Shown: positions 37,790 to 49,702 of the stretch, piece by piece
Position numbering within the stretch: the first letter of the stretch is position 1
How the letters are laid out: each line of letters starts with the position of its first letter
Origin: Camelus dromedarius
Taxonomy: Eukaryota
Length of the DNA stretch: 64,000 nucleotides
Assembly: GCF_036321535.1 (NCBI RefSeq)
Contig: NC_087436.1
Span: 20,338,001 to 20,402,000, forward strand
Reading direction: 5' to 3'
Notes under the pieces: generated by a model
What the model saw: the letters and a program-made list of their open reading frames with translations, nothing else
The model's database searches: none
Told to the model about the DNA's origin: nothing
Made by a program: the position numbers and the translations under genes

Positions 37790-38412
37790 GCACCATCAGA
37801 GTCCAATCAGGAGAGAGAAACCACAGAGTCATCTGAATAGAGATAGTCCAGTATAAAGAAGTATTAAGGGGTTGACTGGTAAGAAGTAAAGAGAACTCTA
37901 AAGGATACATGTAGCAGATTCAGGGAGCAGTCACTCCCCACAAGGTTGAGACAGAGCACCAAGGAGGGAGCCTCTGAGTGCTGACATCCAAACCTTGCTG
38001 GAAATATCATGGCCTTTGTTCTCCAGATGGCAGGGTTTCCAAAGTGCCACACTGGTGACATCTGCTGGAAATCAGCCCCACAGTGCTGGGAGAACTCGTT
38101 CATGGGGAAGTACCTTGCCTCCAGCACTCTGCTGCAGTTACTGAAGAGGTGTCATGAGAAGCTGCTTTTTCCAAAGGAAGGTACCATATGCTAATGGTCC
38201 TGGGTGCTGCTGGCCACTGCGGGGGCCTGGGGAGAAGAGTGGACTACAACCAGAAAGAGAAACTCCTTTCTCCAGTGTTCTCTCAACCGCCTCTACTGAC
38301 AAAGATTAACATCATGCCAAATGACAAAGGAGAAAGTCCAGCTTCGTTACCACAGAACGGACAATGCAAGTTGGATTTGGAGCTGAGAGGCAGTAAGTGA
38401 GTTACTGGCACA
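37790..38412 (-). mobile_element. old ERVL LTR
   Basis: starts 'catcagagtccaatcaggagagagaaaccac' and ends 'ggatttggagctgagaggcagtaagtgagttactggcaca'. Confidence 0.55.
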
Positions 38413-39048
38413 GAGTGTTTACAGGATTTTCTTAAATACTCATCTTAAATAAAATACCATCCATCAGCCTTATTCTGCTATACTCAAATGCAACTTAGCC
38501 AGAAAGGGGGAGGGCATACAGTGCCTCAGGAGGCCCTGCAAATTCTCCAGGTGATAGGAGAATACTTGAAAATCTAAAAGGAAGGGTTAAAAGTCTTGCC
38601 ACTGGAAGAGCTTTTTTGGTTCAGGATAGATGACTGATGATGAGAATTTGGTCGTCTTTTACTTTGGTCTGGGGGATGGCATGGAAATATATTACTAGGT
38701 GACCTTTAGCTCTACAGATGCAGTGGAAATTACATACCGCTAAAGTAAATTTTATTTTCATAAAATGTGTGATATATTCTAAGGAAAAGAAATTCAACTG
38801 TTTATTTTGTATGGGAATTCATTCCCTGCTAGAGGAAGCTGTATTGGTGGCATTTAAGCATGTGGAAAAACAGACATGAGATGTTCAAACTGAGGTGGAT
38901 TCAAATTTAATTAGGAAGACTATAGGAGTTGAGCTAACTAAGGAGCAAAACTTACCAATTTTTCTTTTCTTTTTGGTTCAGTCTTTCCAAAGCTTTATAA
39001 AGGAAGAGTTGGATGTCCTTACATGTCACAGCTAGCAGAGCTTAGGAC

Positions 39049-39535
39049 TGTATCAGAGTCCAGTCAGGGAAAAAGAGACAGAAAAAAAGAAAAACATCAG
39101 GTATTTTAACACGGGAGATACCCAAAGCTGACAGCAGAAGCGACAGCTGCCTCTAGGTCTGGGGAACCAGAGGGGAGGATACTGAGATTACCAGGCACCT
39201 CCCTGGAGGAAGGGCCCCTCTGGAGCTGGGGATCGGGTGTCTGAGAAGTGCATGCTGCCTGGCTACCTCCAAGGAGATGGTAGAGCTGGGAGTGCTGAAG
39301 AAAGCTGGGTCAACACATCCAGGAACAGAAAAAAAGAAAATCAGGAAAGAAGTCTCTCCCTCTTCCTCCCAGCAGCTCGTCTTGCTCTAGCGCCTCCTAT
39401 TGGCAGAGTTTAACAGCCGGCTGGCAAAGGAGCCTGGGAAATGTAATTTGCAAAGTCCGAGTCCTGGCGTCAATACAGGAGCCATAAAAGGGTCAGTTTG
39501 GGGTTGAGAGACTGTAAGTAAATAATCAGTCCAGT
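39049..39535 (-). mobile_element. old ERVL LTR related to the 37.8-kb element
   Basis: starts 'tgtatcagagtccagtcaggg', contains 'ctcctattggcagagtttaac' and 'ggcaaaggagcctgggaaatgtaatttgc'. Confidence 0.55.
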
Positions 39536-40640
39536 AAGCTAGTCAAGGGACGTCATTTAAGATTTTTTTTTTCTCCTTTTTTTGTTTTGTTTTTTCATAT
39601 TTTAGGAGGGGAAGAGTGGACATCCCTGCACGCCGCAGCGGAGCAGGGAACGTGCTCTCTCCTAGTTCAGCACCCTCGTTACTCTGGTAGGTGGCCAGGG
39701 CCCTGCTCGGACCGTGACAGGATTTAAGCCTTTGGGTGAAACCTCTGTACTGTTGGGTTGGGGGCCTCAGCGTGATAACCATGAGACTCAATGTATGCAG
39801 AGGCCTGGAATTTACCTTTGTGGAGACTAGAGGAGCTGGCTGGCCAGTAAAGCCTCCCAGTAATCCTTGGTTCATTCATCTGGCGCTTCTTGGGCATTAG
39901 GTTCCTACTTTCTATGACTTTTTTTCCCCATGTTTATATCCCAAGCGCCAGCCCCTGTCTTACCTCTCCCCATCTGCTTTCAGCCCTATGCTTTTGTTAT
40001 ACAATCACACAAATCAAATGTCCTATTCTTAAATTTCTTTCACAACAGACTTTGATGGGCCCTTAAAACCCATGCTTCGATCAATAGCCTAGGCCAGTGA
40101 TGACTCTTTACACAAGGTTGGGAAATACCTTGTTCATTCTGTTCTCAGGAGTAGCAATGAAAGTGCCTTCTTTCCTAGAACGTGTTTATTGCAAAGAAAG
40201 AAGTCTACGAAAACAAGTAGAAAGTTCACACGCTGCTACATTTTTCTCATTCTACTGGCATTATGTTTTCATTTTTCTTGGCACTCTGTTTTCCACTTTT
40301 ACATCTTAGATTATCTATGGATAAGGTTTTTAGAAAAATGGATAATTAGAAGTCTGAAAGTGTTATTAGTAAAGCTACAGATATTTATCCTAGAAGAATA
40401 ATACTAGATAAGCTTATTATATCACCAGACTAATCAGTCTAAATATTTTACTGTTTTTTCTAATTGAGGAAAAGGAAACTGACACTAATTGAACTGACTG
40501 AAAACAACAGCAGATTTTGGCAGAAGAAAATGTTATACACTTTAGAAAACTGAACTTTGTAGTAGATCTGAAGGCAAGTAATAAAATGCATTCATTTTTG
40601 GCTTTTTAAGTTTATTTCAAATTCTTACATTACATTTTAG

Positions 40641-41810
40641 TTATTTTTTTATAACAGCTCTATTGAAGCGTAGTTCACATGCCATAAAATTTGCACCGTT
40701 TTTAAGTGCACAATTTCATGGTCTTTAGTATAGTCAGAGAGTGGTGCAACCATTACCATATTCTGATTTTAGAACATTTCCATCTCCCCTCAAAATCTGT
40801 ACCTATTAGCAGTATCTCTCCATTTTTTCCACCCCACAGCCTGTGGCAACCATAAATCTACTTTCTGCCTCTATGGATTTGCTTATTTTGGACAATTCAT
40901 AGTTCATAGACATGAAATTATACACGTGGACTTTTGTGACAGGCTTTTATTTCCTTAGCATAATGTTTTCAAGATTCATTCATTTTATATCAGTACTTCT
41001 TTTATTTTTATTGCTGAATGATATTCTCTTAAAAGGCTATATATACCATATTTTGTTTACCCATCCATCATTGGACGGGCATTTGTGTTGTTTTGGCTTT
41101 TGGGCTATTATGAGTAATGCTGCTATGAACATTAGTGCACAAGCTTTTGTGTGGACATGTGTTTTTCATTTTCTTGAACATGCACCTTAGAGTAGAATTG
41201 CTAGATCATGTGGTAACTCTATGTTTAACATTTTGAGAAACCGCCGAACGATTTTTTCCAAAGTGGCTGCACCATTTTACAATCCCTTCAAAAATGTGGG
41301 AGGATCCCAGTGTCTCCACATCCTTACCAAAACTTGTTGTCTGTCTTTTTGATTGTAACCATCCAAGTGAGCATGCAGTGGTATCTGATTGTGGCTTTGA
41401 TTTAGATACTCATGATTAACAAAGAGCATTTTTTTTCATGAGCTTTGTTGACCGTTTGGATATCTTTTTGGAGAAATAAATAGGAATTAATGTTGAATCT
41501 GTAGATTAATTTGCCAAGTATTGTGTCTTCTGATCCATGAACACAAGATGTCTTTCCATGTATTTGGGTCTTTTTTGATTTCTTTCAACAAACAATGTAG
41601 CTTTGCACAAGTTCTTGAACTTCTGTTAATTTATTACTAAGGTTTTATTATTTTTAATGCTGTTGTAAATAGAACTGTTTCCTTAATGTTATTCTTAGAT
41701 TGTTCGTTACTAGTGTGTAGAAATACAATTGATTTTTCTTTATTGATCTTGTACCCTGCAACTTGCTGAACTTGTCTATTAATTCTTAAAAGTTTTCTAG
41801 TGGATTCCAT
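40641..41810 (-). mobile_element. L1MB-type LINE
   Basis: 'ataacagctctattgaagcgtagttcacatgccataaaattt', 'ttccaaagtggctgcaccattttacaatccc' and 'ttgatcttgtaccctgcaacttgctgaac'. Confidence 0.85.
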
Positions 41811-42589
41811 TTTATTTTTTCAGAGTGAAAAGGTATCTTTGGTGTGTATGTCATATGTGTACTTCCTTTATTTTTAGAAAAACTTTTCTCTCCTTTTACA
41901 ATTCTGTTATCAACCGTTGTTTAAACTAACAGTACTCTTGTATTTGTGTAACTTGTAAATTTGGCCACGGCAAAGGCTTGCTGAACAAATCTTCACCTAA
42001 AAGTATATTCATACAATCAGATTAACAAACATAGATTAGCATATAAAAGTAATGAGACTGTTTCTCAAAATTAGAACATTTATGAAGAACAATCTTTGTA
42101 TACATCAACTCGTGGTTGTCCATTGCCACATGGTTGGGGAGGCACAGGGCATTTTCTGAAAGAGATTGAGTATCTCAACAAGACATGAGAGAGAAAGATA
42201 CAGAGGTGACTGGGATCAGAGATTCTCCAGTAGGAGCCAAGATAATACAGCAGCCTTGGAGTCAAAAATCAGGGAAATATAGACATTTTGTGGCCATAAT
42301 TGGAAAATCTATAAAAACACTCATGTTTTGTTCTGTATTTGTTTTCAAATTATTACTTCAGACTTCTGTTATTCCATTTAAGAGAATTACTGTCCCTCCT
42401 GAAATAACCCCAAATCCAGACAAAATATATGAAACAATGGTTTTCAAGACAATGGACATTAGAAAACAAAGGACGGTAATCACTGAAAGATAGGAAACAG
42501 ATGTTGTGAGTTCTCCAATTACCCCAACTTAATGTCTGGAGAGAAGTTCTAGGCCATGGTATAGAAAAAGGGAACCCAAGGACAGTCTT

Positions 42590-43009
42590 GCAAAGAGCAA
42601 GGTATGGGCAAAGGGGCTTCAAGCTTCCACCTGCTCTGAATGCTTCACTCTCCTCAATCTCCATATGTTAACCAATCCAGAAGCTCTCCAAACCTTGTCC
42701 TTTTGGGATTTTATGGAGGCTTCATTGCTTAGGCATGATTGATTAAATCATCGGCCAATCTTCAGCCCTCTCTCCTCCCAGGAAGCTGGGGTAGGACTGA
42801 AATTTCCAACCCTTTATTCATCATTGGTTCCCCAGGCAACCAGCCCATCCTTAGGTTACCTTGGGGTTTTCCGAAAATGCTGCCTATTAACAAAGCCACG
42901 TCTACCACGCCCTTCACTTAGGAAATTTAAGAGTTTAGGAGCTCTGTACCAGGAACTGAGAGAAACAAAGACCAAATATATATTTTGTATTATAAATCCC
43001 AGTATCAGA
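42590..43009. mobile_element. MER21-like LTR fragment
   Basis: 'ccagaagctctccaaaccttgtccttttgggattttatggaggcttcattgcttaggcatgattgattaaatcat' is a MER21 hallmark. Confidence 0.75.
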
Positions 43010-43029
43010 GGCATTTTTTTTTTATAAAG

Positions 43030-44010
43030 TTATACACACACCCACCAAATGAACCAGCCATTGTACTCCTAGGTAATTTGCCCAAGAGAAATAAAGGGTT
43101 CATAGCCGTTTTATTTTTAATAGTCTAAAACTGGAAATAACCCAAATTTCCATTAACAGGTGAAAGGACAAACAGTGTGCAGTGTGTCTATACAGTTAAA
43201 TATTACTTAGGAATGAAGAGAAATGAACTATTGATACATGAATGAATTAGTCTCAAAATAAATATGCTTAGTGAACAAAGTCAGACAAAAAAAGAGTTTA
43301 TTTTGAAAGCGTTCCATTCATATAAAACTCTAGAAAATGCAAATTAATCTACAGTTTCTGTTATGAAATGAATTGTATCCCCCCCAAAATTACTTGTTGA
43401 AATCTTAATCCTCAGTACCTCAGAATATAACTGGTTTTGGAGATAGTGTTTGAAAGGGATAATTAAACTAAAATGAGGTCATCAGGGTGAGCTCTAATCC
43501 AATCTAACTGGCACCCCTTTAAGATGGGAACATTTCTACTCAGATGGGCACACAGAGAAGACCACGTGTGGTCACAGGGAGAAGATGGTCATCTACAAGC
43601 CAAGGAGAGAGTCCTCAGAGAAGTCAACTGTGAGCAGACACTTTGGTCTCGAACTTCTAACCCTCTGGAATTGTGATAAAATAAATTTCTGTTGTTCAGC
43701 CACCCAGGCAGTGGTATTGTATTATAGCAGCTCTAGCTATAATACAGTTTATGTAAACACATGTATTAAGTTTAGTTACAGAAAACAGATCAGTACTTAC
43801 GTGGAGAGTTGAGGATTGGAGAGGGGGTGAGGGTGAGGTAAAGAGATTACAAAGGAGAATAAGAAAATTAGAGGGGTAATGAATATGTTTATTATGTTGA
43901 TTGTGGTGATGGTGTCATAGATACATACGTGTATCAAGACTTATCAAAGTGTGCAGTGTAAAATGTACATTTTATTGTGTGTCAGTTGCATTCTCAATAG
44001 ATTCATTAAA
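43030..44010 (+). mobile_element. old L1M 3' end interrupted by MLT1
   Basis: 'aaaactggaaataacccaaatttccattaacaggtgaa' ... 'tagaaaatgcaaattaatctacag', resuming at 'acagaaaacagatcagt'. Confidence 0.75.
43359..43746 (+). mobile_element. MaLR solo LTR (MLT1A/B-like)
   Basis: TGTTATGAAATGAATTGTATCCCCCC...TATAGCAGCTCTAGCTATAATACA, 388 bp, 5-bp TSD GTTTC/GTTTA. Confidence 0.85.
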
Positions 44011-44212
44011 ATCATTTCACGTAACTTTTACATTGCTCTTCATAGTATGTTCAGTACCTATGTTAGTTTCAATGTTGATGGTACATTTTTGTGTTTTTAT
44101 TAACAAAGTCTTATTGTGTAGTCTTAGTTTAATTTAAAAAGTTTGGTGTTTTATGTTGCAATCCTCTTAAGCAATAAAATTTTATCTTAATATGTCTTTG
44201 TCCAAAGATACT

Positions 44213-44229
44213 AAAAGCACAACTTGGTC

Positions 44230-44290
<61 letters not shown>

Positions 44291-44706
44291 CTGCTTTATT
44301 GCATTTTGCAAATATTATGTTTTTTATAAATCGAAAATTTGGGTCAACCCTGTGTTAAGCAAGTCTTTAGGTGCCATTTTTCCAAAGGTATTTAATCACT
44401 TCATGTCTCTGTGTCATATTTTCAGAATTCTCACCGTATTTCAAACATATTTGAGGCATGACCCTCCAGAAAAAAAGATTACTACTGGCTGAAGGCTCAG
44501 ATGATGGTTAGCACTTTCTTAGCAATAAAGTATTTTTAACTCAGATATGTACATTGTTTTTTTAGACATAATGCTATTGCACAACTTGATAAACGATAGT
44601 ATAGTGTAAACGTAACTTTATATGCACTGGGAAATGAAAAAATGCGTGTGACTTGTTTTACGGTAATGGTCTGGAACCAACCCACAGTATCTCCGGGGTA
44701 TGCCTG
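44213..44706 (+). mobile_element. internally deleted Tigger1 (TcMar) DNA transposon
   Basis: Tigger1 5' text 'gctttattgcattttgcaaatattatgttttttataaat...' fused to 3' text 'gaaggctcagatgatggttagc...atctccggggtatgcctg' (TIR). Confidence 0.8.
44231..44288 (+). repeat. (TG)29 microsatellite
   Basis: directly visible. Confidence 0.95.
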
Positions 44707-45177
44707 TTGTATAAAACAATGAGTGTATCATAAAGATTGCAATCTTGAAGAATTTTTTGTGATGATCTAGAACAGGGATTATGGACCTGGAATAAAGGTC
44801 AGGTATCTATTTCCTACTCTCACATTAATTAAAAAACCCATGATTTCCTTTTCTTAGATGATATGCCCTGCCCCCGTGCTGCCATCTCAATGTTCAGATG
44901 TTCCCAGAAATGCTGGCTGATCTGCAGAACCACCTGGGAAGACTTTTAAACCTCAGATTCCTCTGCCCTACCCCTTGTTATTCTGATTCAAGAAACTTGG
45001 AGTGGGATTCAAAAACCTAAGCTTTTTTATCATAGAAAATTTTCAAATATGTACAAAGTGGAAGAAATAGTATAATAAACACTCAAATACACATCAGCTA
45101 ATTTCAACAATAATTATCTCATAGTCTAATCTTTGATTTATCTATCCCACCCTCTCCCTTCAAAATCAGTCATCTTG

Positions 45178-45669
45178 ATGACCTTCAGTAGGTGAATGGA
45201 TAAACTATGGTGCATACAGACAATGGAATATTACTCAGAGCTACAAAGAAGTGATTTATCAAGCCAAGAAAAGATGTGAGGGAACCTTAAGTGCATATGA
45301 CTAAGTGAAAGAAGCCAATATGGAACGGCTATATACTGTATGATTCCAACTATACAACATTCTGGAAAGGGGGTAACTTTGTAGAGAATAAAAAGAGCAG
45401 TGATTACCATAGGTCATGGGGAGACAGAAGAAGGGACGAATAAGCACAGCACAGAGAATTTTAAGACAGTAAAAATACTCTGTGTGATGCCATAATAATG
45501 TATACATGTTAGCATCCATTGGTCAGAACCCATAGAAGGTACAGCACTGAGAGTGAACTGTCATGTAAATTATGGCCTTTGGGTGATTATGATGTATCAA
45601 CGTGGGTTTATGATTGAACTAAATGTACCAATCTCTTAAAAAAAAAAAGGTTTGAAACAGAAAAAAATG
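45178..45669 (+). mobile_element. L1MC-type fragment with its own poly(A) and TSD
   Basis: same 3' UTR family as 17371-18590; TSD TCAGTCATCTTG at 45166-45177 and 45670-45681. Confidence 0.8.
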
Positions 45670-47489
45670 TCAGTCATCTTGGTTTAAATGTGGTTTTAAG
45701 GAGTTCTTTGGGTAATTGTGATAAATACACACACACACACGGGCACACACACACACACACACACACAGACACATACACACATTAAACGCCTCAATAGTAT
45801 TCTAATTGTATGTGCATATTAAAATGTCTTTAATCAGTTTTCTATTGTGGAACATTTAGATTACCTTCAATTCTTTGTTTATAAGGAAAAATATGATGTA
45901 TAACCTGACACATAGTCTTGGCCAAATATTTAGGTCTCAACTACAGGTTCCATAATTATAAATTTTCATTCTAAATATCTTTCTTGTTGAGGGGTTTATT
46001 AGAAATACGTGAAAATATTTAACGAATATTTATTGAATTGCTAACCTGAATATGCAAACCAGATACACTCTTAAACCCTTGGGAAACAGAAAATCATCTT
46101 AAATTCTACAAGCCTACAAAGAGTTCACAATCCCACACTGTGGACCTAAAGTAAATTCCTTGTAAGGCGACTTTGTGAGTTTGTTTCGGTCCAGGTGGGG
46201 ATTGAGAGGTGGTAGTGGAAGGAGGGGTACAAGGCTGGAAATACGTGGGGGTTTATTTGCAGGGATGATGGACTCTGAGTAGCCGTTAGTGTTAAGAGTC
46301 TCAGTCTATTGTGAGGTTTTTAGTCTGTCCAGCCTGGGCATGTCCATGGGCTTACCTCACAAGGAAGTGACAGCTGCTGTAAGAATCTAAACCATAGTCT
46401 GATGTCTCCAATCACACTTGTGACAGGGTGTCAGGGCTACAGTCTGAGCTCTGGGGTTTAGAACTTACTCAGTTCATCCCCCAAGCCCAGGAGAGTTTCA
46501 AAATGAGGAGGTAGTCAGCAGTGCCAACGTCGCAGCTGAAGGAGAATGTGAATTGGTGATGAAGAAAGTCATTTGTTGAAATAACATCAGAAAATCTTTT
46601 TGGAAGTCCTTTAACATTTCGGATTAACAAAATTTCAGGAAAAAAATTTTCTGAACTTCCCCCCCCAAAAATGTTATGCTCTGTGCAACTAAATTTGTAA
46701 ATAAATTTCATTTGGCCCCAAATACCACTACCTATTTAATATTGGAAGAAAAATATGCTAGAATACATAGACCAGTTGTAAAAGAACAACAACAGAAAAT
46801 GGTTGGTTAAATGAGTTTATTTTTCTCTCACAAAGTAGTCTGGATGTGAGTGATTCAAGCCTTCAGGCTATGAAGCATTCAGGGATGCTGTTTCCTTCAT
46901 CTTCTTGCTCTGTTATCTCTTAGGGTGTTGTCTTTGTATCATCAATGCTGGCTTAGTTTCAATCATGTCTTCAAATGAGTCCTTGGGAAACAGGAAAGAC
47001 TGTAGTGGACAGAAGGCTTCGTCTTTAAGGAGATGACCTGGAAGTTAAGCTCATGAATTCTGCTCACATGTCATTGGCCTCAACTTGTCACGTGGTCACA
47101 TTTAGTGCCAACGTAGGCAGGGAAACCTGTGCATGGCTACCCTGCACAATATTTAGGAGTGTCGAATGCAAAGTGGAGGACAGTTAGTAGTCTCCAGCGC
47201 ATAGGATCTGAAAGAAATAGGTCTTTCTTCATATAAATAGGTTTTTTTTTTGTAGGATTAAATTTCTTGAATTTTTATAGAAAACAAATCAAAATGCTAT
47301 GTGGCAATAAAGCCCTGACATTCTTAGGTTTTTCTCTTATTGTAAAGGATTTTATAAATTTAAAAAAATTCCACTTACTGGTAACTTAGAGAACTATTAA
47401 AACCACTAAGGATATTCAATTTGTGGTTACTTTCATGAATTATTAAGATACATTTTGTGTCAACCCAGTAAAGAGAAACAATAGAGCAT

Positions 47490-48041
47490 TGTATCTGTTT
47501 ACCAATAGTTGTGTAAAAAATTATTCCAAAATTTAGGGGCTTAATACAGCAAACATTTATTATCTCACACAGTTACTGAGGTCAAGATTCTCAGAATCTC
47601 AGAATCTCAGAATTAAGAATCTCAGTGCTTGCTTGGCTGGATGGTTCTGGCTCAGGGTTCTCATGAGGTTGCTGTTAAGATTTCAGCCAGGGTTGCAGTC
47701 ATCTGAAAGCCTGACTGGGTTGGAGGACTCACTTCAAAGCTGACTCACATGGTGGTTGGCTAGGGCTCCAGTTCCCTACCAAGAGGACCGCTCCGTAAGT
47801 CTGCTCAGGACCCACAGCAACCAGCTTCTACGAGAGGGAGTGTAAGAGAACAATCAAAATGCAAAAGTGTCTCTTATAATCTAATCTCAGCGGGGACATA
47901 GCATCATTTTTGCTCTAGTCATGCAGATCATGCAACCAATCTTCGCAGACCTGTCACCCTGTAGGTGGAGGCAATTATACAAGAGTGTGAACACCACCTG
48001 TTGGAGATCTTTGGGGCCCATCTTAGAGGCTGGCCACCATA
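47490..48041 (-). mobile_element. MaLR LTR (MLT1F/G/H-like)
   Basis: 'aaacatttattatctcacacagtt', 'ggttctggctcagggttctcatgaggttgc' and 'ggggcccatcttagaggctggccaccata'. Confidence 0.75.
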
Positions 48042-48799
48042 GTACCTAACCTCTTATTGGAAAAAAACAAATGCAGAAAATCTATCATTCTTTAAAAAAA
48101 AAAGAATTCCATCCAATTATTAGCTTCAAAGTTTGTCAGAGCAAACAGTCTGTGTACAAGAAAAAAAAGTTGACATATTTGCGTAGGATGAATTTGTTTA
48201 ATTTTGTTAGGTTCTCAGGAGCATTGAATCTTCCAAGTTTTATTTGATTCAAACGTCTGTTTAAAGAGTTCTTCACTTTTGCTCATCAGATATGGCTTCC
48301 TCAGAGTGAACGTTTTCAGTCAGATGTGGTTTCTTGAAAAGTTTCAGAGGTTAATGTTAAGAAGTAAAGGTCCTTTGAAAGCAAGTGAGTTTCTGTAAGT
48401 ATTGGTCCAGTTTAAAGTTGTAGGATCTTTTAACGTTGCCTGAACAGTGAGCTATATTTGGGGATTTGGCATACAGAGGGTCTGTCTTGGATTAGGTCTC
48501 AAAATACCTAAAGGATTTCCTTAAACAGGCCTGGGGTCAAATACAACAGGTGTTTTACTTCTAATTTTGGAACCAGAAGCAGCCAGTTTAGAGTGAGGCT
48601 GTTCTTCACTCATGCAGCAGGAGTGAAGATAGTAATTTTGCCACGACAGCAAGTGTGGAAAACACCGAAAATGTGTTATTCTTCTAATATTTCTGATAAT
48701 AAGCCACATTTTGACAAGATAACATAGAATTGTGATGAATTCTAGAAAGTCTTCTGTTTTCTTAGTATTTAATAATTCACTTAAAAAATAACAAAAGTT

Positions 48800-48926
48800 G
48801 GGGGGAGAGTATAGCTCAAGTGTAGAGTGCATGCTTAGCATGCATGGGGGCGTTTAAGCCCCAGTACCTCCTCTAAGAATAAATTAACCTGACTACCTCC
48901 TCCCACCAAAATACAAAATTAAAAAA
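48800..48926 (+). mobile_element. camelid-type tRNA-Ala SINE
   Basis: GGGGGGAGAGTATAGCTCAAGTGTAGAGTGCATGCTTAGCATGCATG; TSD TTAAAAAATA(A/C)C(A/G)AAAG at 48781-48797 and 48927-48943. Confidence 0.85.
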
Positions 48927-49554
48927 TTAAAAAATACCGAAAGGCAACCTCAGTGTCAGGTTCTATGCTAGAATACGTATTTAAATGATCTTACCCACTC
49001 TTATATTGTTTATACTATTGTTAGTGAGTTACATTTTTTGCAACAGAAAATAAAGACAGTGTAGAATTAATGATGTATTGGTTTCCTTTTCAAAGTGTTT
49101 CAAAGGATTTTTGAGACTTTGGAAAATGGTGATTTTTTTAAATTAAAAAATATATATGTAAGCATATTTAAATCAGGTTAAAATATGGATAAGGCTTGAA
49201 AATAAAAAATATGCTTGAAACACTATTAGCCACTCAAAATGAAATCATTGTGCACATAAAAAGTGAGCAAAACTTTTATTTGAATGACACTTTTAGAAAA
49301 TTAAAGCAATGTAATTATGAACATTTCAATTTCAAAATAAATCCTGATAAATTTTCAAACTGAAGGCCTTGGAAATGTTTCTAATATATCCTCAAGATAA
49401 TTAGCAATGCAATCTTAGCATTATATATACAGTAGATTTCCCATAAATACATACTGAATATGAGATTAGCTTCAGAAATGCTTCTTGAAGGAATATTACA
49501 TAAATGTTAGGAAAGGCATAGTTTTCTTTTGGCACATTAGAAAGTGTGCTGCTT

Positions 49555-49702
49555 GGTAATGGAAAAGAAAGTGAAAAAATATGTATGTATGTATGTATAT
49601 GTATAACTGAGTAGCTTTGCTGTACACCTGAAACTAACATTGTAAATTGACTATACTTCAATAAAAAGTAAAAAAAAAAAAAAAAGATTTATTTGAGAGA
49701 AA
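49555..49702 (+). mobile_element. short L1 3' end
   Basis: 'gctgtacacctgaaactaacattgtaaattgactatacttcaataaaaa' plus poly(A); TSD AAAGT(G/C)TGCTGCTT. Confidence 0.85.
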
